Source: a virus. From it: a stretch of DNA of 64,000 bases. Numbering within the stretch: position 1 is the stretch's first letter; every line of letters begins with the position of its first letter. A program made the translations under genes and the position numbers. Below, in pieces: positions 7,607-18,600 of the stretch. A model generated the notes under the pieces. That model had not been told where the DNA came from. It did not search any database and saw nothing but the letters and a program-made list of their open reading frames with translations. The stretch is taken from positions 1-64,000 of IMG/VR virus record IMGVR_UViG_3300007760_001422. One strand, written 5' to 3'.

Positions 7607-8476
7607 TCAAGACGGCAAATCTTCCGTCCTGCTGTTTTGTTGTACATAAGAGCACTTTGCTACACAGTAAGAATAAGACACATCATATTGCGTAGAATAT
7701 ATACCATATGTTATTTTCATTTTATCATGTTCTGCTCTGCTTTTCACTTGTTTTTTTATTTTATTTAGCAAGCCGCCATCATTGTCAACCACATCATCAG
7801 GTATAGCATAATAATACCTTTTATCTCTAACTTTGTCAAGAGAAAAAAACATTTTTTCTTTTCCGCTTTCAAAGTCAACGATTCCAAAGGTTTGAATGCG
7901 TACTGAAGGGGGCGAATTTGAAAAGGTATCAATGATGGAATCAGAATTTTCAAAGACATTTATCATGTGATAGGTTGAAACAACTACCTCATTAATTCTA
8001 TTGTAATATTCTTTTATGGGCACATCGCCTATTATTTCAGAAACGGTCGCGTTCGAAACAAGATTTATTCTCTCAAAAACACCAGAACGAGCATATTCTT
8101 GCATTACGCCAAACATAAGATTTTCTTGCAGACTTTTCTTCTCGTTTAACAGGCCAAGATCCGGCTTTATATAAAGAATGCTTATTTTATTTTTTTTCTT
8201 TTTTTTAAGTATTTCCAGAGCGCGCAAACAAAGACCAGATATATCGCCACAACTACTTATAAACAAAATATCGCCTTCTATCTTTTTTAAAAAGGGGCGC
8301 ATTTTAAGGATGGAACAATTTTTTTCATATTCTTCGGGGCCGTCATGAGGCAGAACATTAAGGCAATTCTTTCCCTTAATTCCTACATCTATCTTATATA
8401 TTTTATATTGAGAATATTGACTAAATTGGTCCGCCAGATTACACCCGGCGTTTCCTAGTCCTATAATCGATTGCAT
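7607..8476 (-). CDS. divergent tubulin/FtsZ-like protein
   Basis: N-terminal IIGLGNAGCNLAD (FtsZ/tubulin T1 loop), later LVSN and YYNRIN; the GGGTGSG loop is degenerate (SSCGDISG). Confidence 0.6.
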   Translation of the reverse strand: MQSIIGLGNAGCNLADQFSQYSQYKIYKIDVGIKGKNCLNVLPHDGPEEYEKNCSILKMRPFLKKIEGDILFISSCGDISGLCLRALEILKKKKKNKISILYIKPDLGLLNEKKSLQENLMFGVMQEYARSGVFERINLVSNATVSEIIGDVPIKEYYNRINEVVVSTYHMINVFENSDSIIDTFSNSPPSVRIQTFGIVDFESGKEKMFFSLDKVRDKRYYYAIPDDVVDNDGGLLNKIKKQVKSRAEHDKMKITYGIYSTQYDVSYSYCVAKCSYVQQNSRTEDLPS

Positions 8477-8489
8477 CTAACCGCCTATT

Positions 8490-8837
8490 TTATACTTGTT
8501 CTGGTGGTGTACCTTGTTGTGTTGCGTCGGGGGCCGGTTCAGCATCCGGTGTGGCCGTTGGCTGTTTTTCTTTTTGTTGCATGTCTCGAACCACTGTCGA
8601 CATCGCAGATCTTACATGGCTGGCTTTAAATTTTTCTGGCAAAAAGCTCACAATTAACTCCAGCATTTCTACAAGCTCTTGTGGTGTGTCAACTCTACTA
8701 AAATAATTTGCAAGGCCGGGCACCTTCCCCAGCTTATCACCGACACGCTGGACATCTTTTTGCGTGGCGTCTTCCTCCAGCCCTCTAGAGATTTCTTCTT
8801 TTATGATTTCTTTTAGTCTTGTTTTTGTAATGAGCAT
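8490..8837 (-). CDS. small protein with N-terminal MLITKTRLKEIIKEE motif (putative internal head protein)
   Basis: Shared N-terminal motif; own CTATTTA motif at 8872-8878 and GAGG RBS. Confidence 0.7.
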   Translation of the reverse strand: MLITKTRLKEIIKEEISRGLEEDATQKDVQRVGDKLGKVPGLANYFSRVDTPQELVEMLELIVSFLPEKFKASHVRSAMSTVVRDMQQKEKQPTATPDAEPAPDATQQGTPPEQV

Positions 8838-8871
8838 GATACTTTCCTCTTCTATAATAAACTAACTAATA

Positions 8872-8878
8872 TAAATAG
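8872..8878 (-). promoter_or_regulatory. putative late promoter motif CTATTTA
   Basis: Recurrent intergenic heptamer. Confidence 0.55.
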
Positions 8879-8898
8879 CGTTTTTAAAAACAAAATGC

Positions 8899-10080
8899 CT
8901 ATATTGCTAATTTTTTCATATCTCCAAAATTTTTTCCCACATTCACATTGACAAGAAAGTTGCCAGTATCAGTTTCAGAAAAAGATTTCTTCAATTTTAA
9001 CAAAATATCCATGTCTTTTTCAGACAAATCTATAACAAGCGAATCGTGTATACAAAACGCAAGATGAGATAACCTACCTTCAAGTAGATTATGAATTTTC
9101 ACAAATTGACGGAGAAAAATTTCTGCGGCGGTGGCTTGTATGATATAGTTTACTGCATGGTATTCGTCAGACTCAATTTCCTTTCCAAACATGGTAGTAA
9201 TCTTTTTTCCATCCCAATATTTTTGTTTAATTACGTCCCTCTTGTACATTCTGTCTGAAAGGTGATCCTTGGCAGCGGGATTATATAGCCAAGCAAATAT
9301 TCGTTCTTTGGCCTTCTCTCTAGTCAGTGAGTTTTTGTATACGTTTTTAATGTTCCACGCATGCAGATCTTCCTTTGGCTGTTTCTGTCCCAACAGGGCT
9401 AGCGCCGTTCGAAGTTCCATGGCGTTATAATCAAACTCCACAAACCAATCGTTTTTGGGGCTTAAGATTGCCCTGTGTTCTTTAGCCAGTGTTAATATTG
9501 GAAAATAGTCTTTTTTACCCGTCAGCCTCCCAGTTTTACTACCAAATACATTATAAGAAACGCGGGGTTTTATTTCTTTTAGTTTCTTGACAAATCTTCT
9601 TGTTTTAAGCCTGTGTAGTTCGCCGGCCAGTGAGGATGCGTCGATATTTAAATCTTGCTGTTCGATATCCGAAACCACCCTTGCGAGCGAAAGCAAGAAT
9701 TCATAATTTGATGGCCGATTATAATTTGTTATAACGTAGTTTGTTAATTTATTTTTAATCTCACAATAATCTTTTACAAAATCTTTGGGCACCAAATCAT
9801 AAAAGCAATGCTCTTTTAAATCTAGACCAACCTCCCTCATTGAACGATAGTAAGCCTTAAGGCGATTATTAATGTTCTCCCACTCTTCTTGCAGGCCCGG
9901 AGGGCACACTTTGTCTAAGGTTTGCCCTCCACAATATAACTTTGCACACTCAACATTTACATTTTTTAAGGCCGGTGAGTAACTCCACGTCTGATTAAAG
10001 TGGGGCTGTAGGTTTTTATAAAATTTTGAATTATGATATATTAAAGGACAGTCTCTGTCTATAATTTGAAATATGGCCAT
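8899..10080 (-). CDS. family A DNA polymerase, polymerase domain only
   Basis: TGRL, motif A FDYNAMELR, motif B REKAKERIFAWLY, NYIIQATAA, motif C IHDSLVID; 393 aa. Confidence 0.85.
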   Translation of the reverse strand: MAIFQIIDRDCPLIYHNSKFYKNLQPHFNQTWSYSPALKNVNVECAKLYCGGQTLDKVCPPGLQEEWENINNRLKAYYRSMREVGLDLKEHCFYDLVPKDFVKDYCEIKNKLTNYVITNYNRPSNYEFLLSLARVVSDIEQQDLNIDASSLAGELHRLKTRRFVKKLKEIKPRVSYNVFGSKTGRLTGKKDYFPILTLAKEHRAILSPKNDWFVEFDYNAMELRTALALLGQKQPKEDLHAWNIKNVYKNSLTREKAKERIFAWLYNPAAKDHLSDRMYKRDVIKQKYWDGKKITTMFGKEIESDEYHAVNYIIQATAAEIFLRQFVKIHNLLEGRLSHLAFCIHDSLVIDLSEKDMDILLKLKKSFSETDTGNFLVNVNVGKNFGDMKKLAI

Positions 10081-10092
10081 ATGCGCTCACTA

Positions 10093-11421
10093 TTAATAAC
10101 CAGAAGTAGTTTCATAACTCATTGGACCGGTAGTATATACAAACTCTTCCGATTCCGCAGCAACAGATAGTGCCTCTGCTGCAGCTGCAATCTCCCCTGC
10201 CGAAGATATATCTGCCACTTTTGTCCTATCGATTTCAACTTGTCTTCTGTATTTTGAAACTTTATTTCTTATACTGTCGTCAATATATAACATTATCGTC
10301 CTGTTGTCAATTGTTTTTTTGGCCAAAAGTGATTCAATGTCTTGTAGCGTTTTTTTGTAGTCCTGACGCGTCATGTAACCTTGTAAGCCTTCTTCCATAA
10401 TCCTTAGCTTAAAATAAAAACCACACCAAAACCGAAAACTTAACTTTTCTTCAATTTCATTCTCGGTAATTTTCTTTCGTTCAACCCTGCAAATGACCGT
10501 AGGTTCCCACAATTTACCTTGGGATTTAATTTTTGTCACGTGAGTATTCCTAGAAGAAATATAAGAATCATAAAACAAAAAAGGCATTTCTTTTAAAAGG
10601 GGCAAGTCCTGAATACATGTTTCTTCATAGTAGTTTTCATAAATTTGTTTTACCGTATACGAACCAAAATTTTGTGCCTTTGCGCGGAGGCGCGGGTGTT
10701 TTAAATTTGCTACCAGACGCCACGGGGCATTTTTATCAAGGACAAATCCATGTCTTTTGGCCGCATTTTTGAAAGCATTAAAATTTTTAGATTGCATTTT
10801 TTTCCATTTGACGAGATCGTCTCCATGTTTTGCTCGATCCGAGAAGCCCAAAACCAAGCCGCTGGAGCGCGGATCACAATATTTACTTTTCATTAATGCG
10901 CTCTTTGTGATGGGCACTCCGCTGGCGGCCATGCCGAGCAAAAAGTTCCCAAAGATGTCGAAAAAAATATCAAAATTTGTTATTTTCCCTAAAAGATTTA
11001 ATCTGTCTGCATATACTCCAAAGAAATTTTCATATATCTCTTCAACCAGATCATTATAAATTTTGGTGGGATGGCTGGGTGGCTTGAGTCCGTTTATTGG
11101 AACGACAGCGCCAAAGACATCCAAAGCAGTTAGGCCCGGGGTTTGTCGGTGAAACTCAACAAAGTCTTTATAAGCCGCGGCAACAAAATCTAGTGTATAT
11201 ATCTTTCCCGGGGGTATGGGCGCAATGATATTGTCCCTATCTTGCAAAGCAATGGTGTGACCGGAAGGGCTGGTTCTGCCATACCATGGGCGATCATACC
11301 AATAGTCCATAAGTCGAGTTGGTAGTTCATCTTCGGGCTTTAGGACCTCCTCTTTATAATATTTTCTCTCTTCAAACAGGCGCCTAGTTCCTAATTTATT
11401 TTCTCCTTCCGGTCTTGCCAT
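10093..11421 (-). CDS. hypothetical protein (end of tail/baseplate operon)
   Basis: 442-aa ORF with AGGAGG RBS; no recognised motif. Confidence 0.7.
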   Translation of the reverse strand: MARPEGENKLGTRRLFEERKYYKEEVLKPEDELPTRLMDYWYDRPWYGRTSPSGHTIALQDRDNIIAPIPPGKIYTLDFVAAAYKDFVEFHRQTPGLTALDVFGAVVPINGLKPPSHPTKIYNDLVEEIYENFFGVYADRLNLLGKITNFDIFFDIFGNFLLGMAASGVPITKSALMKSKYCDPRSSGLVLGFSDRAKHGDDLVKWKKMQSKNFNAFKNAAKRHGFVLDKNAPWRLVANLKHPRLRAKAQNFGSYTVKQIYENYYEETCIQDLPLLKEMPFLFYDSYISSRNTHVTKIKSQGKLWEPTVICRVERKKITENEIEEKLSFRFWCGFYFKLRIMEEGLQGYMTRQDYKKTLQDIESLLAKKTIDNRTIMLYIDDSIRNKVSKYRRQVEIDRTKVADISSAGEIAAAAEALSVAAESEEFVYTTGPMSYETTSGY

Positions 11422-11460
11422 AAAATTTAAGTTTCCTCCTAGGATTTATTAAGTAATTAT

Positions 11461-14328
11461 TTACTTACAACCAGTTTTGCCTATACTTCTTGGAGCACGC
11501 TGTCGTTTTCCTTCTCTCGCACCAAAAGATTCCCACTTACAATTTAATTTTGTAAAATAGCTCCCGGGCTTCAACTCATGCTCAACCTTTGTAACTAAAA
11601 AATAGCCGCCTAGGCCTAGTCTTCTAGAAGCACTCCGGGCTCTCTTGGGATCTCCAAATGTCGACGGGTTAATAAATATATATTGTCCGGGCAGAAACAA
11701 AGGATTGCCAAAGAGTTCAACGTCAGCGTCATATATTTCTCTAAACATTTCTGGTTCAACATTGTTGACGATTCTGTGAGATCTTAAAAATGGTTGATCA
11801 TTTCTTTTAAATTTAATATTTTTTAACAGGCCCCGGGGACTTCCAATGTGAAAATGATAAACACCTCTCTCAAAATCTCCCTGTTTGTCCCCCGTTAAGA
11901 CACTAGGAGAGAAAGAACTGGCATACAAATAATAATATAATTTTGGCACATTTTTCGGAGGCTTTCCACTTGGATGAGTACTGTATCTTCCCCAACCTCT
12001 TGAAGAACTATAATTAAATTTAACATTTTCCACACAATACCTTTTCCCGCGAAATATATTTGAAGAATCTGCCCATATTTCGGCCGTGTGCACTCTAGCC
12101 GTGGACTTTTGGCCGCCGGCGGTAGCATCGATACACAACGGACCTATACTGCTGGCAACCAAATCTGATATTATATCTTGCAAGAATTCCTTCAGTGGAT
12201 ATTCTTCACGCAGGGGACGAATAACTTTGTCGATAAACCATATGTGAAAAGCATGAAGAGATATTGGTATATCTGCCAAGTTTACGTAATACGGAGTGCC
12301 AGTAAATGGATCTGTCCAAGTGTAGGGGCCAAGTATAAAATTGACCGTATCGGTTTTGCTGTTGTGGAACCCAACAGCATCATTGTTGTTCGCTAGCGTC
12401 ATAAGGGCGGCGTTTATAATATCCCCCAAATATACAAAATGAAACACAGTTTTGCCATCAGAAAGAAACGGCGCCGAAGAGGCAATTGCTTCGCTGCCTG
12501 CTTGTTCGATGCTCGCCTTGCTCATACCATTCGCGGCCGTCTTCACTTTCTTCGCAACATCGGCCGAGGCGCCCTGTACGGCCTTTTTGGCGGCTGCAGC
12601 CTTTTTGCTCCCGGCCTGCTGGACGATGCGCTCTAGTTCCCATGCTCCGGCCATGGCGGGAGTGGTGGCCGTTTTTTTAGCAAGCGTTTTTTTAGCATCA
12701 GAGTCGCCAGCTTTTGCTCTTTTATTTAATTCCGCAGCTGTGCTGTCGGGTAGTTTATCTTTCCTTCCCCCTCTGGCCACAAGGCCCTCGGAACTAAGCT
12801 GCAGTTCAGAGTTGGGCACCTTCATCCTCCATATACCACCAAAGTTTTGTAACTGCTGCAAGAACGTTTCATATTTTTTTCCGCGTTCTTTTTGTGCCTC
12901 CATTCGCATAAAGGAGTGGAAGCTAGCTATGTGTGCCTGCTGGCCCTTTATTTGGCCTTCAAGCTTTTTGCTCTTTGCATTATCTGCTTGATTTGCTGAA
13001 GCGGCCGGCGCGGTGCCCTTGTTACCAGATGTTTTGTTTGATTTGCGGACTTCAGAATCATGATCGCGCTTTGTGCCTTGAACTTTTTTAAGTCGACTTT
13101 GTGCAGCTGCCATGTCTTGCTTCCACTTTGATAGCTTGGTAGAATATTCTTGTGACATTTTAAAAATATCAGTTTCGCCGCGTTTAAGTGCGCCCTCAAT
13201 CCAGCCAGTATAATTTACAGTAAGCTCTATTGCGCCATTTTCTTTAAATTCTAAATCGTGTTTGTGAAGCTCCAGCGCTACTCTTATTTTTGTATCTGCT
13301 ATGGCCTTTCTTAAATTATTATCGATAATATATTTTTCATTGATGTTTTTGTGTGGGACTGTCCATCCAATTTCTGCAAGTATGCGAAAATACCTCTCCG
13401 TGCTCAAGCCACTGGTTGCAGGACTGGCCGATATTCCTCGCGACCAAGCTGTTGAACTCGGCGCCATAATCAAATCTGAATAAGCTATCGTCTGCGCTTC
13501 AGAGGGAGAGTTAAGAGTGGCCCCGGGGGCGATGCCAGCGCGAAGGAAGGTTTCAGCATTTTGAAAAACAAATTTAAGCTCTGCTGATAGAGTCTTGTCG
13601 ACCGGCTTTGTTTGCCCTTCGTTGGTAAATTTAAAGCTTAATAGACCGGCGCCATCCCCTCTCATTTTGCGATCCGAATATACACTCTCAAAGTCTCCAC
13701 CTGTATATCTGTTCTTTTTGTGTTTAGGGTCTGGAAAATGATTACTAAAATGAAATTCCACTGGGGTACCTTTCTTATCGACTGGGCTTGAGTACGCCAC
13801 CTTGTACAAACGAATCTTTGGCTGCAACAAAGAAAAAACCCATGGCTCTATTTCTAGAAAATGTTTAAACTCTTTGCTGTGTAGAATTTTGTTATATATG
13901 AGCGCGCTGTTCCCAGAAAGAGTTGCATAGAAAACAGGATCTGCGACACGGCCGCGGCCAACTTTCGAAATGCACTGGCTTAGGACTTTTTGCATGTTCA
14001 TATACAAAAAGCACTGCTCTTGTACTGCTAGGTTTCTGGCTCTTTCGGCGGTTTTAGCTTCTTCGGCGGCCTTTTGCGCTAGTTCTTCTTCTTTGGATAG
14101 TTTTCCCTTGCCAACCAACACGGTGCGCCCTTCCATTCTTTCATCTACTGCGCTCTTGTCGTGACCAACAACGCTTGCGGCGCCGCGGGTGACATATTCC
14201 ATCCCCTTGACCGCTTCATTGGTCACACTATTGCTTGTAACTGTATCGGTCCAAGAATATAATTTATTACCAATGCCAGCAACTAGCTTGTTCCACTTAT
14301 GAGACCATGGTACATTTTTGTCTGCCAT
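11461..14328 (-). CDS. putative baseplate hub protein
   Basis: 955 aa; C-terminal YDADVELFGNPLFLPGQYI...LGGYFLVTKVEHEL resembles hub (gp27/gpD-like) folds; follows a LysM protein. Confidence 0.6.
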   Translation of the reverse strand: MADKNVPWSHKWNKLVAGIGNKLYSWTDTVTSNSVTNEAVKGMEYVTRGAASVVGHDKSAVDERMEGRTVLVGKGKLSKEEELAQKAAEEAKTAERARNLAVQEQCFLYMNMQKVLSQCISKVGRGRVADPVFYATLSGNSALIYNKILHSKEFKHFLEIEPWVFSLLQPKIRLYKVAYSSPVDKKGTPVEFHFSNHFPDPKHKKNRYTGGDFESVYSDRKMRGDGAGLLSFKFTNEGQTKPVDKTLSAELKFVFQNAETFLRAGIAPGATLNSPSEAQTIAYSDLIMAPSSTAWSRGISASPATSGLSTERYFRILAEIGWTVPHKNINEKYIIDNNLRKAIADTKIRVALELHKHDLEFKENGAIELTVNYTGWIEGALKRGETDIFKMSQEYSTKLSKWKQDMAAAQSRLKKVQGTKRDHDSEVRKSNKTSGNKGTAPAASANQADNAKSKKLEGQIKGQQAHIASFHSFMRMEAQKERGKKYETFLQQLQNFGGIWRMKVPNSELQLSSEGLVARGGRKDKLPDSTAAELNKRAKAGDSDAKKTLAKKTATTPAMAGAWELERIVQQAGSKKAAAAKKAVQGASADVAKKVKTAANGMSKASIEQAGSEAIASSAPFLSDGKTVFHFVYLGDIINAALMTLANNNDAVGFHNSKTDTVNFILGPYTWTDPFTGTPYYVNLADIPISLHAFHIWFIDKVIRPLREEYPLKEFLQDIISDLVASSIGPLCIDATAGGQKSTARVHTAEIWADSSNIFRGKRYCVENVKFNYSSSRGWGRYSTHPSGKPPKNVPKLYYYLYASSFSPSVLTGDKQGDFERGVYHFHIGSPRGLLKNIKFKRNDQPFLRSHRIVNNVEPEMFREIYDADVELFGNPLFLPGQYIFINPSTFGDPKRARSASRRLGLGGYFLVTKVEHELKPGSYFTKLNCKWESFGAREGKRQRAPRSIGKTGCK

Positions 14329-14347
14329 AACTTATCCTATTCTCCCC

Positions 14348-14689
14348 CTACACATCGAACATGTCAATTATTCGTTCCAAGGGCGCGGGTACGTATACTG
14401 TATCTCCGAGTTCCACGTGGGCCTCGGTCGGAGTTTGATTATACCACGCAATCACCCACCAATATTCCTCAAAACCATAATAAGTGCTAGCTAGCTTATA
14501 AAAACGATCTCCAGTTGACCACGTGTGGCCAATCAATGTCAATGAATTAATTTCTTCGTCAGTTGGATATCTCATTTCTGGCGTGTCATAATACGTAATA
14601 AAGGCCTTTCCCCGCTCCTTAAGGAAAGTTTTATATTGTTCCTGATCTAGTTCTCGAATATTTCTTCCGTCGTATCTACTAATAGGCAT
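14348..14689 (-). CDS. LysM-type baseplate protein (gp53/gpX-like)
   Basis: HTWSTGDRFYKLASTYYG..YWWVIAWYN...GDTVYVP. Confidence 0.8.
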   Translation of the reverse strand: MPISRYDGRNIRELDQEQYKTFLKERGKAFITYYDTPEMRYPTDEEINSLTLIGHTWSTGDRFYKLASTYYGFEEYWWVIAWYNQTPTEAHVELGDTVYVPAPLERIIDMFDV

Positions 14690-14728
14690 TTATTTTGATA
14701 ACCTCCTAATTAATCATTCTGAAGGGCC

Positions 14729-15661
14729 CTACGCTAGCGCAGACCCATCCACCACGATCCCCGTGAACGGATCGTTGCCGGGTTTTGTCGTGGCCGCGGC
14801 GCCTTTGCTATCCGCTTTCTTCGCGGCATCTTTCTTCTTCTTCCTTTTTGGCTTATCGGGATTTTTCGGATTGCCCTGTTTGGAAGACTCTTCTTTTTTA
14901 CTTAAAACATTTGTTAACCCATATGGAAAGCCCGGTGACAAAGTTGTGCCATTTGCATCAAAGCCTAGGTCATGTTGGTGGTGGACAGTAAGTTCGCAAC
15001 TTAGTTGCACCGACTGCGGAAAAATAAAACCTTCCACAATAAAATAACCGTCTTCTTCAATGGGCTCATAGGTAAGGCCCGAAAGGCGCGCCATTAAACC
15101 ACTGGAGCTGGCCTTGGAAAAGTTCTTTTTTTGTGCTTTCATCCACTTTTTGTGTTGCTCCTTAAGTGCCGCATCGTTGGTACCGGCCGCAATTTTGGGC
15201 GGTGCTTTGCCCGTGGCACTGTTTGCTATTAAGTTCATGAATTTCACTTTAAACATTGGGGGTGAGCTTATTTGGGTTGACGATATGTCGTTGTAGCTGG
15301 CTTCGCCGGCCAAGGTTTCATATGCAGGATAAAGCATGTTCGCCAGTATAGAGCATTTTTTCATATTAGTCTGTGCCTCAACCATATTGGCCGAAACACA
15401 TTTCCAACCCAAAGAAATTGTTCTTGTTGTCTGTGTAAATATTTCAATAGGGTCCATGCGGCCATATACGTTATAGGTTTCCCATTTGGAATCATACTTA
15501 TCAGAAAATTGTGTCAAGAAAGCGGGAAAACTAACAGTGTGGCCACTGACCATGTGATAAAATTGAATCTTAACACCTTCTTTTTCGTGCGATTTAACAA
15601 CATCTGTGTATCGAGCCGCGGCGCGCGGCCTGTGTGGAAATTGTCCCGGTTTTTTCGCCAT
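14729..15661 (-). CDS. putative tail tube initiator / baseplate protein
   Basis: FPAFLTQFSD..W....YGRMDPI....TTRTISL; lies between tape measure and LysM genes. Confidence 0.6.
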   Translation of the reverse strand: MAKKPGQFPHRPRAAARYTDVVKSHEKEGVKIQFYHMVSGHTVSFPAFLTQFSDKYDSKWETYNVYGRMDPIEIFTQTTRTISLGWKCVSANMVEAQTNMKKCSILANMLYPAYETLAGEASYNDISSTQISSPPMFKVKFMNLIANSATGKAPPKIAAGTNDAALKEQHKKWMKAQKKNFSKASSSGLMARLSGLTYEPIEEDGYFIVEGFIFPQSVQLSCELTVHHQHDLGFDANGTTLSPGFPYGLTNVLSKKEESSKQGNPKNPDKPKRKKKKDAAKKADSKGAAATTKPGNDPFTGIVVDGSALA

Positions 15662-15672
15662 CCTATCCCCTC

Positions 15673-18600
15673 CTAGGTTAATAACCTGTATTTGTTTTCT
15701 AAATATATTTCTGCTGTTTGGCCTACCACATCACCATCAAGCGTGACCTGTACTATGACCGGCGAGCCCTTTTTGCCGGCATCGCTGCCTTTGGCGGCGG
15801 CGCCTGTGGCACCCAAAACTTTAGCCAGTTTATCAACCAGTCTTTCGAAAGCAGGATTTTCCGCGGCTGCAACCTTATTCTCTTGTATAAACTCTGTATA
15901 GCGCACCGCCTGATCAACCAATCCTTTGGTGTTTTCGACAACCTCTGGACGAATTGTTTCGGCAGCTTGTGCTGTTTTTTCCAACGCGAGGCCGGCCTCA
16001 ACCATTGCAGCAGAGGGCATGTTCTCAAAACCAGTAAAAACACCGGTGAGGGCTGCCATCTTTGCCTCTGGTATATCCTCCATTTTTGCCAGAACCTCTA
16101 GAGTTGTTGACGACGGTAGTTTTTCTATGGCGCCGCCAAGTCGTGTTATCGCGCCGATTATTAAAGTTATGCTGCTAGCAATTGCGAAGCCTTTATCTCC
16201 TATATCCAATATTGTATCAAAGGCTGTTTTTGTACCGGTAGATAAATTTGTACTAGCTGTTCCCAAACCTGTAAAGATTTTTCCAAGAGACTCTAGTTCT
16301 GGACTAATCCATTTTATAGCAGCACCCACGCCAAAGATCGGTATCAGCATTGCCGTTAGGCCAATTGCCAGTGCGCCTAGGCCAATGGACAGTTTGGCAG
16401 AAACAAATGCCATAAGGGCCATGGAACCCGCCAGTGCCCCAACCACAATAGCTGCCTGCCAAGCGTTCGGACCCATCTCTGCCAGTCCTCTGGACATTTC
16501 ACCAACACCCAGCGCAGCGAGAGCAATGGCGCTGCCTATCATGAGAGCAGTTGCACCTATGGCCAATAAGATGGGTGCGGCTGGAGTGCCTGCAGCTGCG
16601 AGCCCAGCAAGGGCAGTGGCGGCTGCCGTTAAGGCTGGTACCAAAAAGTAAAAAGTGCCAGCCAATATCGCCACGTTAATGCTCAACGCTAACGCCTCCC
16701 AGCCTAGACCTTTCATACCTTCTGCCATTACTCCTATGCCCCATGCGGCAAGTGCGATCCCCGTGCCTATACCAATGGCCGCTAATGCTATGCCTGCACC
16801 CAGTGCAATGATTTGTACCGCCGACAATGCCGCAACAGCGCCCAGTACGCCAATGGCACCTGATTGGGCGGTTATAGAGCCGGTAACGGCTGGCCCTTGG
16901 GCTATCAGCGCGGTGTTTGCTTTAACCTCTGCACCTTTGCCCATCACAACGCCTTTTTCTGCGCCTGCCAGTGTAGTGCTTGCACCTGCTTCTGCCATTT
17001 TCTCTGCTGTGAGCGTAGCCTCTTGGCCTATCAGCACAGTGTTTTGGCCCATCGCGGTGGCGCTAGCTGCGTTTTCAGCCAATTGGGCTATAAGTGCAAG
17101 TTTTTTACGGGCCAATACAAAGCCCATCACTGCATTAAATGCCCACCACACACCAACAAGGCCGATCATGAGGGGTATAAAATAGCCACCGGTGGCCTTG
17201 TTTATTTCGAATATGGCATCAAAAAAGCCATGGAGAAGATCTAATACCGGTGCTAATGAAACAGCAAACAAGGTCCACACCTCTTTAAGTTTTTCTGTCA
17301 TCGTGGTTAAAGACCTTGATGCATCTTCTAATTCTTTTTGGCCGGCTGCGTTTGCTTCTGATTTTGCCAGCATCTGATCATAGCCGACAAGGCCTTTGCC
17401 AAATAATTTATTCGCCTCATTCATGTCTTGAATTCCAGCAGCTGCAGCTATGGCCTTTCTTTCAAATTTGCCCATAGATTCCCAGCTTTTTCCGGAAGCT
17501 TCAATGCCCTGCAACATTAAACGGATTCTCTCTTCTTCATCAGCTGCCATCATTTCAACGCTGTTTAAATAGGAGCCGCCCAATATTGCGTTTAGTTTGC
17601 CAACCTTGTCGGCAGCATCTTCAAACGTATCAAATTGCGAAAATATACTTAACAGTCTTTGGGTTTCAACGCCCGTTGCTCTTGCAGCTGCAGCTACTCT
17701 TTTAAATATTTGTGGAGCCCTTGAACCGTAAGCAGCGAGAACCGGCATGGCGGCTTTCATCCCCTTGATCATTTCGTCAAATGGCATTTTAATCGCCTTT
17801 GCGGTACCGAGCAACTCTTTATAAATCTGCTTGGACCTTGTAACGCCCAAGCCTAGACTTTTGGTAAAGTCGTCGAAAAGCTCACCTGATTCGCCAGTTG
17901 CAACCCCTAACTTATCCATCATGGATGTAAAATTAACCAACTCTGTTTGTTGCTCTTTGTTAAGATCATTAAAATCTTTCATGTTTTTGGATAAATCTAT
18001 AGTAGCATCTCTTACTGACTCCATCCCGATTATCATGTGGCGTTGAGACTGAAAGCTTTCCATTACTTGATTGTCGAATTTACCAAATTGGCTGGTAGCT
18101 CTGTCGACGGCGACCGTTGTCTCGTCGAAAGCCTTCATCAAGGCAATGGATTCCTCCTTCACCGCCATGAGCACTGTACCCATGACATTTGCAGGCGACA
18201 TTAGCTCCATAAAGCCTGCGGCCATGGCATGCATTGATTTCTTTATGTCTTTTGTTAAAATAATACTACCGGCAAGAGTATCTTTCCACCTCTCACTAAC
18301 ACCAGTGACCGACTGAAGCCAATCTTGAGTTATTTCATTTGTTTTTTGTGTGGCGGTAATTTGTTCTTTTTTTGTCGCCAAAATATCATATTCTACTTCT
18401 AGTTCAGACTGAAGAACCGTAAGCTGATCGTGTTCTGATTGAAGAATTTCACGTGCTATCTCTGCAGAGTGACCCTCTGCAACCAATTTCCTTTCTTCGT
18501 TTAATAAGGCGCGTTCGCGAATGTCCAACTCTTCCAATCTGGCGTTGGCCATTTTTTGCTCTTGATCCAGTCGGCGCGCATCGTGTTCTTGCTCAATTTT

